Positions 17,856 to 28,025 are shown, counted from the first letter of the stretch. The stretch: DNA of 64,000 nucleotides from an uncultured Rhodospirillaceae bacterium (GCA_937880925.1 CALGGB010000095.1:4782-68781); one strand, 5' to 3'. The notes: generated by a model from the sequence alone, not told the origin. Program-made: numbers and translations.

Positions 17856-18875
17856 ATGCTGAAGTTCTTCTTTCGCCGCGCCAGCCTCGTCATCCCGACT
17901 TTCCTGGGGGTGACGCTGCTGACCTTCGCGCTCGTCCGCCTCGTTCCCGGCGACCCGCTGGAGATGATGGCGGGTGAGCGCGGCCTGACGCCCGAGCGCC
18001 ATGCCGAACTGATGGCCCAGTACGGCTACGACAAGCCCCTGCTGGAACAGTACGGCCTCTATCTCTACGAGCTTGCCGGCGGCGATTTCGGCCGCTCCGT
18101 CGTTACCAAGAAGCCGGTCCTGCAGGAATTCTTCGAGCGCTTCCCCGCGACCGTGGAACTGGCCGTCTGCGCCATGTTTTTTGCCGTCCTCATCGGCCTG
18201 CCCATGGGCATTCTGGCGGCGGTGCGGCGGGGTACCGTGCTCGACTATGCGGTCATGGGCACGGCCGTCACCGGCTTTTCGATGCCGATCTTCTGGTGGG
18301 CGCTGCTGCTGGTCCTGTTCTTCTCGGTCAACCTGGGCTGGACGCCGGTCTCGGGGCGCATCTCCGCGCTCTACTGGGTCGATGCCCGTACCGGCTTCAT
18401 GCTGATCGACAGCCTGCTTTCCGACGAGAAGGGCGCCTTCCGTTCGGCGGTCAGCCATCTCATCCTGCCGGCGGTGGCGCTGGGCACCATCCCGCTGGCG
18501 ATCATCGCGCGCATGACCCGCTCCTCCATGCTCGAGGTCCTGAACGAGGATTATGTGCGCACGGCGCGAGCCAAGGGCCTTTCGCCCTTCCGCGTCGTCA
18601 CCGTGCACGCCCTGCGCAATGCGCTGATCCCCGTCGTCACCGTTGTCGGCCTGGCGACCGGCATCCTGCTCGCGGGCGCCATCCTCACCGAAACCATCTT
18701 CTCCTGGCCGGGCATCGGCAAATGGCTGATCGAGGCCGTACGCCGGCGCGACTATCCCACCGTGCAGGGCGGTGTGCTGCTGGTCGCCACCATCATCATG
18801 CTGGTCAACCTCCTGGTCGACCTGCTCTACGGCGTCATCAACCCGCGCATCCGCCACGCTTCGGAGCGGACATGA
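17856..18875 (+). CDS. ABC transporter permease (DppB-like)
   Basis: 339 aa with 6 TM segments and the binding-protein-dependent permease EAA-region. Confidence 0.85.
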   Translation: MLKFFFRRASLVIPTFLGVTLLTFALVRLVPGDPLEMMAGERGLTPERHAELMAQYGYDKPLLEQYGLYLYELAGGDFGRSVVTKKPVLQEFFERFPATVELAVCAMFFAVLIGLPMGILAAVRRGTVLDYAVMGTAVTGFSMPIFWWALLLVLFFSVNLGWTPVSGRISALYWVDARTGFMLIDSLLSDEKGAFRSAVSHLILPAVALGTIPLAIIARMTRSSMLEVLNEDYVRTARAKGLSPFRVVTVHALRNALIPVVTVVGLATGILLAGAILTETIFSWPGIGKWLIEAVRRRDYPTVQGGVLLVATIIMLVNLLVDLLYGVINPRIRHASERT

Positions 18876-19768
18876 CCGACCGCACCCTCGATACGGCGCC
18901 GTCAAAGCCGCCCCATCCGCTGCAGGACATCTGGGCCGATTTCCGCCGCAACCGCGGCGCCATGGTCGGCCTGGCGCTGATCCTGATCGTCACCTTCCTC
19001 GCGGTCTTTGCCGATGTCGTCGCACCCTACGGCCCGGCCGAGCAGTTTCGCGATGCCTTCCTCTCACCCCCCGCATGGCTGGAGGGCGGCGATCCCCGCT
19101 TCCTGCTCGGCACCGACGATGTCGGCCGCGACATGCTCTCGCGCCTGATCTACGGCGCCCGCCTGTCGCTGCTGATCGGCGTGGTTGTCGTTACCCTGGC
19201 GCTTGCCGCAGGCGTCACCCTGGGCCTGTGCGCCGGTTTCTTCGGCGGCATTGTCGACATCGTCGTGATGCGCCTGATGGACATCATGCTGGCGCTGCCG
19301 GCCCTGCTGCTCGCCATCGTCATCGTCGCCATCCTGGGGCCGGGCCTGATGAACGCCATGGTCGCGGTGACGGTGGTCGTGGTGCCCCACTACGCGCGCC
19401 TGACCCGCGGCGCCGTGCTCTCCGAACTCGGTCGTGACTACGTCACCGCCTCGCGTGTCGCCGGCGCCGGGCCGTTGCGCCTGATGTTCGTCACGGTCCT
19501 CCCCAACTGCCTCGCCCCGCTCATCGTGCAGGCCACACTCGGTTTCTCCGGCGCCATCCTGGACGCTGCAGCGCTTGGCTTCCTGGGCCTGGGCGCGCAG
19601 CCGCCGACACCCGAATGGGGCTCGATGCTGGCCAACGCCCTGCAGTTCATCCAGCGCGCCTGGTGGGTCGTCACCTTCCCGGGGCTGGCGATCCTTGTCA
19701 CGGTGCTTGCCTTCAACCTGATGGGCGACGGCCTGCGCGACGCCCTCGACCCCAAGCTCAAGAGGTAG
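18872..19768 (+). CDS. ABC transporter permease (DppC-like)
   Basis: ATG 18872 overlaps the upstream stop (ATGA). The longer track ORF from 18296 is an out-of-context extension. Confidence 0.85.
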   Translation: MTDRTLDTAPSKPPHPLQDIWADFRRNRGAMVGLALILIVTFLAVFADVVAPYGPAEQFRDAFLSPPAWLEGGDPRFLLGTDDVGRDMLSRLIYGARLSLLIGVVVVTLALAAGVTLGLCAGFFGGIVDIVVMRLMDIMLALPALLLAIVIVAILGPGLMNAMVAVTVVVVPHYARLTRGAVLSELGRDYVTASRVAGAGPLRLMFVTVLPNCLAPLIVQATLGFSGAILDAAALGFLGLGAQPPTPEWGSMLANALQFIQRAWWVVTFPGLAILVTVLAFNLMGDGLRDALDPKLKR

Positions 19769-19772
19769 CGCG

Positions 19773-20747
19773 ATGCCTCTTGTGGAAATCCGCAACCTCT
19801 CCGTCCGCTTCGGCAGCCTCACCGCCGTCGACGGCATCGACCTGGTGCTGGAGGAGGGCGATGTCCTGGGCATCGTCGGGGAGTCCGGCTCGGGCAAGTC
19901 CGTCACCTCGCTTGCCCTGCTGGGCCTCATCGGCTTCCCCGGCGTCGTCACCGCCGACCGCATGACCTTTGCCGGGCGCGACCTGCTGCACGTCTCGCCG
20001 CGCGAGCGTCGCAGGATCGTCGGCAAGGACATGGCGATGATCTTTCAGGAGCCCATGACCAGCCTCAATCCCTGCTTCACGGTCGGCTTCCAGATCATGG
20101 AGCAACTCCGCGTCCACGAGGGGCTGGACCGGCGTGCCCGGCGTGCCCGCGCCATCGAACTGCTCGATCTCGTCGGCATCCCCGATGCCGCCTCACGCCT
20201 CTCTGCGTTCCCGCACCAGCTTTCGGGCGGCATGAACCAGCGCGTGATGATCGCCATGGCGATCTCCTGCAACCCGCGCCTGCTGATCGCCGACGAGCCG
20301 ACCACGGCGCTCGACGTCACCATCCAGGCGCAGATCCTCGACCTGCTGCTCCAGCTCCAGCGCGAACGCGGCATGACCCTCATCCTCATCACCCACGACA
20401 TGGGCGTGGTCGCCGAAACCGCGCGCCGGGTCGCCGTGATGTATGCCGGGCAGGTGATGGAGGAACGCGCCGCGATCAACCTCTTCACCCGACCGCGTCA
20501 CCCCTACACCGCAGCCCTGCTGGAGGCGCTGCCCGAGCGCGCCCTGGGCAAGGGCCGGCTGCCGGCCATTCCGGGCACCGTGCCCGGCGTCTATGACCGC
20601 CCGCCCGGCTGCCTCTTTGCGCCGCGGTGCCGCCTGGCCGACGATGCCTGCCGCGCCGCCGTGCCGCCGCTGCTCGATGTCGCCGACGGCCGCGTGCGCT
20701 GCATCCGCCCGCTGGACGCCCCCATGCCGGTGGAGAGCGCGCCGTGA
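19773..20747 (+). CDS. ABC transporter ATP-binding protein (DppD-like)
   Basis: Walker A GESGSGKS, signature LSGGMNQR, C-terminal oligopeptide-type extension. Confidence 0.85.
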   Translation: MPLVEIRNLSVRFGSLTAVDGIDLVLEEGDVLGIVGESGSGKSVTSLALLGLIGFPGVVTADRMTFAGRDLLHVSPRERRRIVGKDMAMIFQEPMTSLNPCFTVGFQIMEQLRVHEGLDRRARRARAIELLDLVGIPDAASRLSAFPHQLSGGMNQRVMIAMAISCNPRLLIADEPTTALDVTIQAQILDLLLQLQRERGMTLILITHDMGVVAETARRVAVMYAGQVMEERAAINLFTRPRHPYTAALLEALPERALGKGRLPAIPGTVPGVYDRPPGCLFAPRCRLADDACRAAVPPLLDVADGRVRCIRPLDAPMPVESAP

Positions 20748-21727
20748 GCGAGAAGCCCATCCTGGTCGCCCGCGATCTCGCCCGTTTCTACACCGTGCGG
20801 CGCGGCGCCTTCCGCAAGCCCGCCACGGTGAAGGCGCTGAACGGCGTCTCCTTCGAGCTCTATCGGGGCCGCACCCTGGCGGTGGTCGGGGAATCAGGCT
20901 GCGGCAAGTCGACGCTCGCCCGGCTTGTCACCATGATCGAGAAACCGACCTCGGGCAGCCTGGAGATCGAGGGCCACGACATCGCCACCGCCGGCAAGCG
21001 CGACGTCGAGGATCTGCGCGAGGAGGTCCAGATCGTCTTCCAGGACCCTTATGGTTCGCTCAATCCGCGCCGCAAGGTCGGCGACATCCTGGGTGAGCCG
21101 CTGGCGATCAACCGCGCCATGAGCCGCACCGAGCGCCGCGAGGCCGCGCGCGCCATGATCGAGAAGGTCGGCCTGCGCCCCGAGCACATCGACCGCTACC
21201 CGCACATGTTCTCGGGCGGCCAGCGCCAGCGCATCGCCGTAGGCCGCGCGCTGATGCTGAACCCGAAGATCGTCGTCGCCGACGAGCCGGTCTCGGCCCT
21301 TGACATCTCGATCCAGGCCCAGGTCTTGAACCTGCTTTCGGACCTGCAGCAGGAATTCCAGCTCGCCTATCTCTTCATCAGCCACGACCTCTCGGTCGTG
21401 CGCCACATCGCCGACGACATCATGGTGATGTACCTGGGCCGTCCGGTGGAGCAGGGCGAGGGTGCGGTCGTTTTCGCCGAGCCGCGCCACCCCTATACGC
21501 GCGCCCTGATGGCCGCCACACCCCGTGTCGATCCGCGCCAGCGCGCCGAGCGCGTCATGCTGAAGGGCGAACTGCCAAGCCCCCTCAATCCCCCCAGCGG
21601 CTGCGCCTTTCACACCCGCTGTCCGTTTGCGACATCGCTGTGCAGCGCCGAGCGCCCCGAACTGCGCCCCGTCGCCGGCCGCCTGGTCGCCTGCCACCAC
21701 GCTGAACATTTAGAAAATAGCAGATAG
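20744..21727 (+). CDS. ABC transporter ATP-binding protein (DppF-like)
   Basis: GTG start overlapping the upstream stop. Walker [10 protein letters not shown], signature FSGGQRQR. Confidence 0.85.
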   Translation: MSEKPILVARDLARFYTVRRGAFRKPATVKALNGVSFELYRGRTLAVVGESGCGKSTLARLVTMIEKPTSGSLEIEGHDIATAGKRDVEDLREEVQIVFQDPYGSLNPRRKVGDILGEPLAINRAMSRTERREAARAMIEKVGLRPEHIDRYPHMFSGGQRQRIAVGRALMLNPKIVVADEPVSALDISIQAQVLNLLSDLQQEFQLAYLFISHDLSVVRHIADDIMVMYLGRPVEQGEGAVVFAEPRHPYTRALMAATPRVDPRQRAERVMLKGELPSPLNPPSGCAFHTRCPFATSLCSAERPELRPVAGRLVACHHAEHLENSR

Positions 21728-21774
21728 AAAATAGAGAGCTGCGGCCGAAAGGCTCGCACCCCTATTTCCTAACT

Positions 21775-21802
21775 CCTCTTTTCTCTTTTCTCTTTTCTCT
21801 TT
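21775..21802. repeat. Heptanucleotide microsatellite (CTCTTTT)x4 with degenerate flanking copies, inside a roughly 100-bp AT-rich patch
   Basis: Direct read of 21775-21802. Degenerate copies extend to about 21818. Sits in the convergent spacer between dppF-like (+) and the last EctC-like gene (-). Confidence 0.8.
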
Positions 21803-21810
21803 TCTATTTC

Positions 21811-22641
21811 CTAATTTTCCGGCCCCGCCGGCACCGGCCCCGTCGGGGGATAGCTGCCGTCTTCGTCGTGCAGTTCGTTGCCGTGGAGCGGCGGGTTGAA
21901 GATGCTCAGCACATGGGAGTCCTCGGCGATCCGCACATGATGGCGGTCCCTGGGGCCGACGGCGAAGATGCTGCCGGTGCCGATGTCGTGGGTCTTGCCC
22001 GTGGCGTGGTCGGTGACCACGAGCAGGCCATCGAGCACGATGTTGGCCTCCCAGTGGTTCTTGTACCAGAGTGCCATTTCCTGGCCCTTCCGGAAGCGCA
22101 CGTCCGAGAGGGTGAAACCCAGCCCGTCCGGCGCGGTCAGCAGGCGCGCCCAGCGCGGCGAGCCGCCCTCCTTGACCACGACATGGCCGGCGGCCTCGGC
22201 GTCCTTCCAGGTGCGCACGAACATCGCCGGCTGTCCGGGCGGGATCTCGCCGCCGGGCGGATAGCTGCCGTCTGCATCGTGGCTCTCGCCGCCCTGCAGC
22301 GGCGGGTTGAAGACGCTGATGATGCGGAAGCCTTCGCCACCGGCGTTCTCCAGGCGGTGGCGGTCGGTCGGGCCGACGCAGTAGAGCATGCCGGGTTCAA
22401 GCTGCCAGACCTGGCCGGTGGTCAGGTTTTCCAGCGTGCCCGTGCCCTGGCGCACGTAGTTCGCCTCCCAGTGGTTCTTGTACCAGAGGGTCGCGTTGCC
22501 GCCCGGCGCGCCGCGCGCCTCCGAAAGCGAAAAGCCGATGCCGTCGGAGCGGTTGATCATGCGCAGGGCGCTCGACCTGCCCTGGTTGATGGCGATCAGG
22601 CGATCGCCGCTCTCCATCTCCTCGAGCGTGCGGACCAGCAT
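21811..22641 (-). CDS. Didomain ectoine-synthase-like protein (two tandem EctC-type cupin domains), paralog 6 of 6
   Basis: N-terminus MLVRTLEE mirrors EctC MIVRNLEE. Both halves carry WYKNHWEAN, the cupin motif RH[RH][LV], and NPPLxGxExHDxDGSYPP. Confidence 0.8.
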   Translation of the reverse strand: MLVRTLEEMESGDRLIAINQGRSSALRMINRSDGIGFSLSEARGAPGGNATLWYKNHWEANYVRQGTGTLENLTTGQVWQLEPGMLYCVGPTDRHRLENAGGEGFRIISVFNPPLQGGESHDADGSYPPGGEIPPGQPAMFVRTWKDAEAAGHVVVKEGGSPRWARLLTAPDGLGFTLSDVRFRKGQEMALWYKNHWEANIVLDGLLVVTDHATGKTHDIGTGSIFAVGPRDRHHVRIAEDSHVLSIFNPPLHGNELHDEDGSYPPTGPVPAGPEN

Positions 22642-22657
22642 GGTGTTCTCCTCGGTG

Positions 22658-23473
22658 TCAGGTTTGCGGCCCCGGCGGCAGCGGGCCGGTGGGGGGATAG
22701 GCGCCGTCCTCGTCGTGCACCTCGGTGCCCGAAAGCGGCGGGTTGAACAGGCTCACGATGTGGAAGTCGCGCACCGCCTTCAGCGTGTGGCGGTCGTCGG
22801 GCCCCACGGCATACATCATGCCCGGCGTCAGCTTCAGTACCTCGCCGGTGCCGTGGTGGTGCAGTTCGCCCTCGCCGCCGAAGACATAGTTGCCTTCCCA
22901 GTGGTTCTTGTACCAGAGGTTGGCTTCGCTGCCGTCCTGGAAGTGAACGTCCGACCAGGTCAGTCCCAGGCCGTCGGCATCCAGCAGATAGCGCAGCAGT
23001 TGCGAGCCGCCCTTGCTCGTCTTGGCGCGGCCCATGGCCTGCAGGTCCGCCGGGCGATAGACGAACATCGCCTCGTGCCCCGCGGGCGGCGGCGTGGCGC
23101 CGCGGGGATAATTGCCCTCCGCGTCGTGGCTTTCCGTACCGCTCAGCGCCGGGTTGAAGACCCCCAGCACCGTGCATTCGGTGAGGTCCGTGACGCGATG
23201 GTGATCGTTCGGACCGACGCAGTACATGTCGCCCGGCCCAAGTTCCCAGCTCCGCTTCTCGCCCGAAAGCTCCTCCAGCAGGGCGCGGCCGGAGATCATG
23301 TAGCTCGCCTCCCAGTGATGGCGGTACCAGATGGTATGCGGCCCGCCCTTGGGCGCGGTGACCACAGAGATCGAGAAGCCCAGCCCGTCGCCGGCCAGCA
23401 GCAGGCGCTGGGTGTTCGCCCCGCCGTGGGAGATGGCGGTGCCGTTGAGGTCGGTGCGCGTGCGGTGGAACAT
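22658..23473 (-). CDS. Didomain EctC-like cupin protein, paralog 5
   Basis: 271 aa with two EctC-like halves (WYRHHWEAS / WYKNHWEGN; C-terminal NPPLSGTEVHDEDGAYPPTG). Confidence 0.8.
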   Translation of the reverse strand: MFHRTRTDLNGTAISHGGANTQRLLLAGDGLGFSISVVTAPKGGPHTIWYRHHWEASYMISGRALLEELSGEKRSWELGPGDMYCVGPNDHHRVTDLTECTVLGVFNPALSGTESHDAEGNYPRGATPPPAGHEAMFVYRPADLQAMGRAKTSKGGSQLLRYLLDADGLGLTWSDVHFQDGSEANLWYKNHWEGNYVFGGEGELHHHGTGEVLKLTPGMMYAVGPDDRHTLKAVRDFHIVSLFNPPLSGTEVHDEDGAYPPTGPLPPGPQT

Positions 23474-23476
23474 CGC

Positions 23477-24292
23477 TCAGATCCCTCCCGGGCCCGGCGG
23501 CACCGGCCCGGTTGGGGGATAGCCGCCCTTGTCGTCGTGCAGCTCGTCGCCGGCCAGCGGCGGATTGAAGATGCTGACCAGATGCAGGTCGCTGCCCGCC
23601 GTCAGGGTATGGCGATCCTCCGGCCCGACACAGTAGAGCAGGCCGGGCGCCAGAATCAGCGTCTCGCCGGTACCGTGATGGTCGATCGTGCCGCTGCCGG
23701 AAAAGACATAGTTGGCTTCCCAGTGGTTGCGGTACCACAGGTTGGAGACGACGCCGTCCCTGAAATGAACATCCGACCAGGCAAAACCCAGCCCGTCCTC
23801 GGCCAGCAGGTAACGCAGCAGTTCGGCGTTGCCGGAAGCGCTGGTCTTGGCACGGCCCCGCTGCTTCAGATCACCGGGCGTGACGACGAACATGGAAGGC
23901 TGCCCCGCCGGCACGTTGCCGGTGGGCGGATAGGTGCCTTCGCTGTCATGAGTCTCGTCGCCGTTGATCGGCGGGTTGAAGACGCTCATTACCGTCATCG
24001 GCGTCTGCGCGGTGACCCGGTGGCGGTCGGTCGGGCCGACGCAGTACATGTCGCCCGCCGTCAGGTCCCAGGTCCGCCCGCTCGCCACCTCTTCCAGGAG
24101 AAGCTCCCCGGCAATGACGTAGTTGGCCTCCCAGTGGTGCTTGTACCAGAGCTCGTGCGGCCCGCCGGCCGGCCCGGTGACGATCGAGAGCGAAAAGCCC
24201 AGGCCATCGCCTTTCGTCAGGGGCCGCGCCGCGCTCGCCTTTCCGTGGGAGATGGCGACGCCGCGCGCCGTGTCGATGCTGCGATGGAACAT
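23477..24292 (-). CDS. Didomain EctC-like cupin protein, paralog 4
   Basis: 271 aa. Both halves EctC-like (WYKHHWEANYV / WYRNHWEANYV). Confidence 0.8.
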   Translation of the reverse strand: MFHRSIDTARGVAISHGKASAARPLTKGDGLGFSLSIVTGPAGGPHELWYKHHWEANYVIAGELLLEEVASGRTWDLTAGDMYCVGPTDRHRVTAQTPMTVMSVFNPPINGDETHDSEGTYPPTGNVPAGQPSMFVVTPGDLKQRGRAKTSASGNAELLRYLLAEDGLGFAWSDVHFRDGVVSNLWYRNHWEANYVFSGSGTIDHHGTGETLILAPGLLYCVGPEDRHTLTAGSDLHLVSIFNPPLAGDELHDDKGGYPPTGPVPPGPGGI

Positions 24293-24296
24293 GGTG

Positions 24297-25124
24297 TCAG
24301 CTTCCTTTCGGTCCGGGCGGCACGGGGCCGGATGCGGCGAGCGTGCCCTCCGCGTCGTGAATCTCGTCGCCCCGCAGGGGAGGATTGAAGACAGAGATGA
24401 GGTGAAGGTCTTCCTCCGCGTGCATGGCGTGGCGGTCCTTGGGCCCGACGCAGTACATCATGCCCGGCTCCATCACCCAGCTCTCTCCCGTCGTCAGGTC
24501 CTCGACGCGGCCGCGCCCGGAGAGCACCACGTTGGCCTCCCAGTGGTGCTTGTACCAGAGCGTATTGCTGTTCCCCGCAGGCATGTGAACGTCGCTCAGC
24601 GTGATGCCGACATCGTCCTCCTGCGTCAGCATGCGCAGGGTCGTCGCCGAGTCCGCGGCGGCCGAGAGAAGGCGTCCGGCATCGCTCAGTTCCGTCACCG
24701 ATTTGGCGAACATCTTGGGCTGGCCCGCCGGCACCGGCCCGGTCGTGGGATAACTGCCGTCGGCGTCATGCTCCTCCTCGCCCGACAACGCTGGGCAGAA
24801 GACGCTGACGATGTGGCAATCCCCGCTCGCCACCATGCGATGCCTGTCCCGCGGCCCCGCGACATAAAGCAGTCCCGGCTCCAGCCGCCAGGTGCGTCCG
24901 TCGTCGAGGTCGGTAACGGTGCCCGCGCCCGCCACGATGTAGTTGGCTTCCCAGTGATGCTTGTACCACAGCGTGAAATCCATCCCCGGCGCCAGCCGCA
25001 CGTCCGACAGCGAGAACCCCAGCCCGTCATCCTTCGCCAGCATTCGGGTCGAGACAGTCTTGCCCTCGCACAGCACCTTCTGGCGCGGTGTGCCGGTCAG
25101 CTCCTTCAGGGTGCGTGCGAACAT
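24297..25124 (-). CDS. Didomain EctC-like cupin protein, paralog 3
   Basis: 275 aa. Both halves EctC-like (LWYKHHWEAN in each). Confidence 0.8.
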   Translation of the reverse strand: MFARTLKELTGTPRQKVLCEGKTVSTRMLAKDDGLGFSLSDVRLAPGMDFTLWYKHHWEANYIVAGAGTVTDLDDGRTWRLEPGLLYVAGPRDRHRMVASGDCHIVSVFCPALSGEEEHDADGSYPTTGPVPAGQPKMFAKSVTELSDAGRLLSAAADSATTLRMLTQEDDVGITLSDVHMPAGNSNTLWYKHHWEANVVLSGRGRVEDLTTGESWVMEPGMMYCVGPKDRHAMHAEEDLHLISVFNPPLRGDEIHDAEGTLAASGPVPPGPKGS

Positions 25125-25133
25125 GGCGCTCTC

Positions 25134-25946
25134 CTAAACCCAGGCTTCCGGCACGGCTCCGCCCGGTGGATAGCCGCCCAGGTCATCGTAGCGTTCGGTG
25201 CCGACAAGCGGCGGGTTGAAGACGCTGAGCCAACGCACGCCGTTGCTGTTGCTCACACGGTGCTTGTCCTTCGGGCCGATGACGAAGAGGTCGCCGGGTT
25301 CCAGCGCGTGAGTCTTGCCGGTCGCCTTGTCGAGCACTTCGGCCGAACCCTCGACCAGGTAGTTCGCCTCGACATGGTGGCGGTACCACAGGTCGATCCC
25401 GAGGCCCGGCTTGGTCGTGAGGTCCGAGAGCGAAAGGCCGATACCGTCGGCGGCGAGCAGGGGACGGTGGACACCAGAGCTGCCGGTGCTGAGTTCGGTG
25501 CGCACATAGTCGCGCGGGCCGCGCACGAACATCGTCCTTCCGCCGTTGCCCCACCCTTCCGGCAGGGGCCCCGATGTTGCAAAGGCGCCATCCGCGCCCT
25601 TCTCCAGGATCAGGGCGGGCGTGAACATCGAGAAGGTCGTCCACGGCCCCTCGAAGGCGATGCTGTAGCGGTCGTCGGGACCGACGACGTAGAACGAACC
25701 CGGCTCCAGCGGCCATGTCTGCCCGTCCTCGCGCGTGATGCGGCCCGTGCCCTCCAGCACGTAGTTGCCCTTCACATGATGCGGGTAGTTCAGCGGCCCG
25801 GTCTCGATCGGTTCATCGGATTCGACCGTCGCAAGGGCAAAGCCGGTGCCTTCGTCCCGGGTCAGGTAGATCAGCGCGCGGGCGCCGGCGCCAAAGGGGG
25901 TCTCGCGGGCGCTGCCTGCGAGGTCGCGCTTGCGGATCACCAGCAC
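25134..25946 (-). CDS. Didomain EctC-like cupin protein, paralog 2. N-terminal half degenerate.
   Basis: C-terminal half retains WYRHHVEANYLVEG...NPPLVGTERYDDLGGYPPGG. N-terminal half has lost the WYKNHWE and ExHDxDG blocks. Confidence 0.7.
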   Translation of the reverse strand: MLVIRKRDLAGSARETPFGAGARALIYLTRDEGTGFALATVESDEPIETGPLNYPHHVKGNYVLEGTGRITREDGQTWPLEPGSFYVVGPDDRYSIAFEGPWTTFSMFTPALILEKGADGAFATSGPLPEGWGNGGRTMFVRGPRDYVRTELSTGSSGVHRPLLAADGIGLSLSDLTTKPGLGIDLWYRHHVEANYLVEGSAEVLDKATGKTHALEPGDLFVIGPKDKHRVSNSNGVRWLSVFNPPLVGTERYDDLGGYPPGGAVPEAWV

Positions 25947-25998
25947 CCCCGGACCTCCCAGGCTCGTGTTGTCGTCGCCGTCGGTACATGGGTGGCGT

Positions 25999-27174
25999 TC
26001 ATGTTGCCTGCTTTCCGCGCGGGATCAATTTTTCGGCGTCATAGAACGGCAGCGCAACGGTCTCTCCCGGCACGGCGTCGGGGCCGCAGGCGACGTGGCG
26101 ACCGGTCCAGTCGCCCGGGGCATCGAAGCGCGCATAGGCGACATGATGCCCCAGGAACGGCGAGAAAGCCGACGCGGTGATGCGCCCGGCCGGCTTGCCG
26201 TCGACCGCCAGAGTCATGCCGGCGGCGATCTCGGCCTGCGCTTTCAGGCCCACGAGGCGGGGCCGCCGGTCGGCGTCGACCAGTGCCTCGCGGCCGATGA
26301 AGTCTTCCTTGGTCAGGTCGACGAACTGTCCGATGCCCGCGGCAAAGGGTGTCATCGAGGGGTTCATGTCGGTGCCGTTGTCGAGGATGCCGCTTTCGAT
26401 GCGGCGGATGTTCATGCACGACATGGAGGCAAAGCGCATCCCGTGGGGCTTGCCCGCCGCCATCAGGTGGTGCCACAGGGTGGCGTGGTCAGCGGTTTCC
26501 GGCACGTAGATCTCGAAACTCAGCTCCCCGGTCCAGCCGGTGCGGGTGATGAGCAGCGGCTGGCGCGCCATGGTCACCTGCGCGCAGGAGAAGTAGGGGA
26601 AGGGATCGGGCGCGCCGCCGTCGCAGAGGTCGGCGAGCACATCCATGGATTTCGACCCCTGTACCTGGAGCACCCAGTCCTCGGTGTCGACGATCTCGAC
26701 ATCGAAGCCCTTCTGGTGCGCCTTGAGCCAGCCGAAGATCTCGCCGTCGGCCAGCACGTAGCGGAAGTGGTCCTCGGCGAGGCGGATCAGCACGCCGTCC
26801 ATCAGCACGCCGCCGTCATCGTAGCACATCAGACCGTAGCCGCAGCGCCCCACCTTCATTGCCGAGATGCGGCGGGTCATCAGGTGGTCGAGGAATCGCG
26901 CGGCGTCGGGGCCGACGAACTCGATGGCGTGCTCGGGCACGTCGAACAACGTCGCGGCCTTGCGCAGGTTGGCGTATTCGGCCTCCACGTCATCGTCGAG
27001 ATAACCCGGGGACATGTGGCCGCTGTAGACCGAGAAGGATGCGTTGGGCCCGATCCGGTCCTCGTAGAACGGGATGAAGGGAGACGCGCGCAGACGTCCG
27101 AAACGCCAGGGGCGCACGGGCAGGCTGCGGCCTCGGCCGGTACGGGCGGTATGTCCAGTAGCCTGGTTTGTCAT
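25999..27174 (-). CDS. Aminomethyltransferase family protein (GcvT/DmdA-like folate-dependent demethylase)
   Basis: 391 aa with glycine-cleavage T-protein fold similarity. Embedded in the EctC-like operon. Confidence 0.7.
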   Translation of the reverse strand: MTNQATGHTARTGRGRSLPVRPWRFGRLRASPFIPFYEDRIGPNASFSVYSGHMSPGYLDDDVEAEYANLRKAATLFDVPEHAIEFVGPDAARFLDHLMTRRISAMKVGRCGYGLMCYDDGGVLMDGVLIRLAEDHFRYVLADGEIFGWLKAHQKGFDVEIVDTEDWVLQVQGSKSMDVLADLCDGGAPDPFPYFSCAQVTMARQPLLITRTGWTGELSFEIYVPETADHATLWHHLMAAGKPHGMRFASMSCMNIRRIESGILDNGTDMNPSMTPFAAGIGQFVDLTKEDFIGREALVDADRRPRLVGLKAQAEIAAGMTLAVDGKPAGRITASAFSPFLGHHVAYARFDAPGDWTGRHVACGPDAVPGETVALPFYDAEKLIPRGKQAT

Positions 27175-27185
27175 GTCCGCGTCCT

Positions 27186-28025
27186 TCAGCGCCAGGCCGC
27201 GGGGATCTCGCCCGTGGGCGGGTAGGCGCCGTCCGCGTCGTGGGTCTCGCCGCCGACAAGGGGCGGGTTGAAGATGCTCAGGATGTGGATGCCGTCCGTG
27301 TTGGTCACGCGGTGGCGGTCCCTGGGGCCCACGACATAGAGCGTGCCGGGCACCAGCGGCCAGGTCTTGCCGGTCGCCATTTCCATCACCTCGCCGCCGC
27401 CCGAAACCACGAAGTTGGCCTCGACATGGTTCTTGTACCAGAGCTGGCTTGCCCCGCCTGGCTTGGCGCGCAGGTCCGACAGCGTCATGCCGACATCATC
27501 GGCCTTGGTCAGGTAGCGCCTTGCTTCCGCCCGGCCTCCGCCCAACTGCACCACAGGAATGTCGGCGAGTTGCTTCACGAACATCCGCCGGCTGGTCGGG
27601 CTGCCGCCCGCCGGACCCCAGGCCTCAGGAATCTCGCCCGAGGGAGGGTAGCCGCCGAAGTCCTGGTGCTGCTCGTTGCCCTTGATCGGCGGGTTGAACA
27701 GCGAGATTACCTTGACGTCGCCCCGCAGCATGACCTCGTGGCGGTCGGCCGGCCCGACGACATAGAGGGTGCCGGGAGAGGCCGGCCAGCGTTGGTCTGT
27801 ATCCAGGTTGTGAATCTCGCCCACGCCTTCCAGGACCAGATTGACCTCGATGTGGTTGCGGTAATGCAGGGGGAAACCGGAGCTGCCGCCGGGAATTTCC
27901 AGCGTCGAGAAGGAAAAGCCGCAGCCGTCCTCTTCCGCCAGGTAACACATGGCGTGGGCTTTGCCGCCTGCGACCATGCGGTCGCGGCCGGTTCCTGCGA
28001 TATCCGCGATCGATTTCACCAGCAT
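27186..28025 (-). CDS. Didomain EctC-like cupin protein, paralog 1 (first gene of operon)
   Basis: ATG 28025 (MLVKSIADIAG..., with SD GGGAAGGA) is preferred over the track's GTG at 28052. Both halves EctC-like (HYRNHIEVN / WYKNHVEAN; NPPLVGGETHDADGAYPPTG). Confidence 0.75.
   Translation of the reverse strand: MLVKSIADIAGTGRDRMVAGGKAHAMCYLAEEDGCGFSFSTLEIPGGSSGFPLHYRNHIEVNLVLEGVGEIHNLDTDQRWPASPGTLYVVGPADRHEVMLRGDVKVISLFNPPIKGNEQHQDFGGYPPSGEIPEAWGPAGGSPTSRRMFVKQLADIPVVQLGGGRAEARRYLTKADDVGMTLSDLRAKPGGASQLWYKNHVEANFVVSGGGEVMEMATGKTWPLVPGTLYVVGPRDRHRVTNTDGIHILSIFNPPLVGGETHDADGAYPPTGEIPAAWR

Noticed and set aside
16068-18905. 945-aa minus-strand ORF (plus similar long antisense ORFs at 389-1066, 1328-2416, 2080-3669, 3609-5129, 5224-7125, 7577-10123, 22478-24388, 24123-26180, 35615-38218, 37692-39518, 54899-56986)
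   Set aside because: All are antisense to, or out of frame with, genes whose translations show clear family signatures. Their products are Arg/Ala/Gly/Pro-rich low-complexity strings typical of open alternative frames in high-GC DNA.
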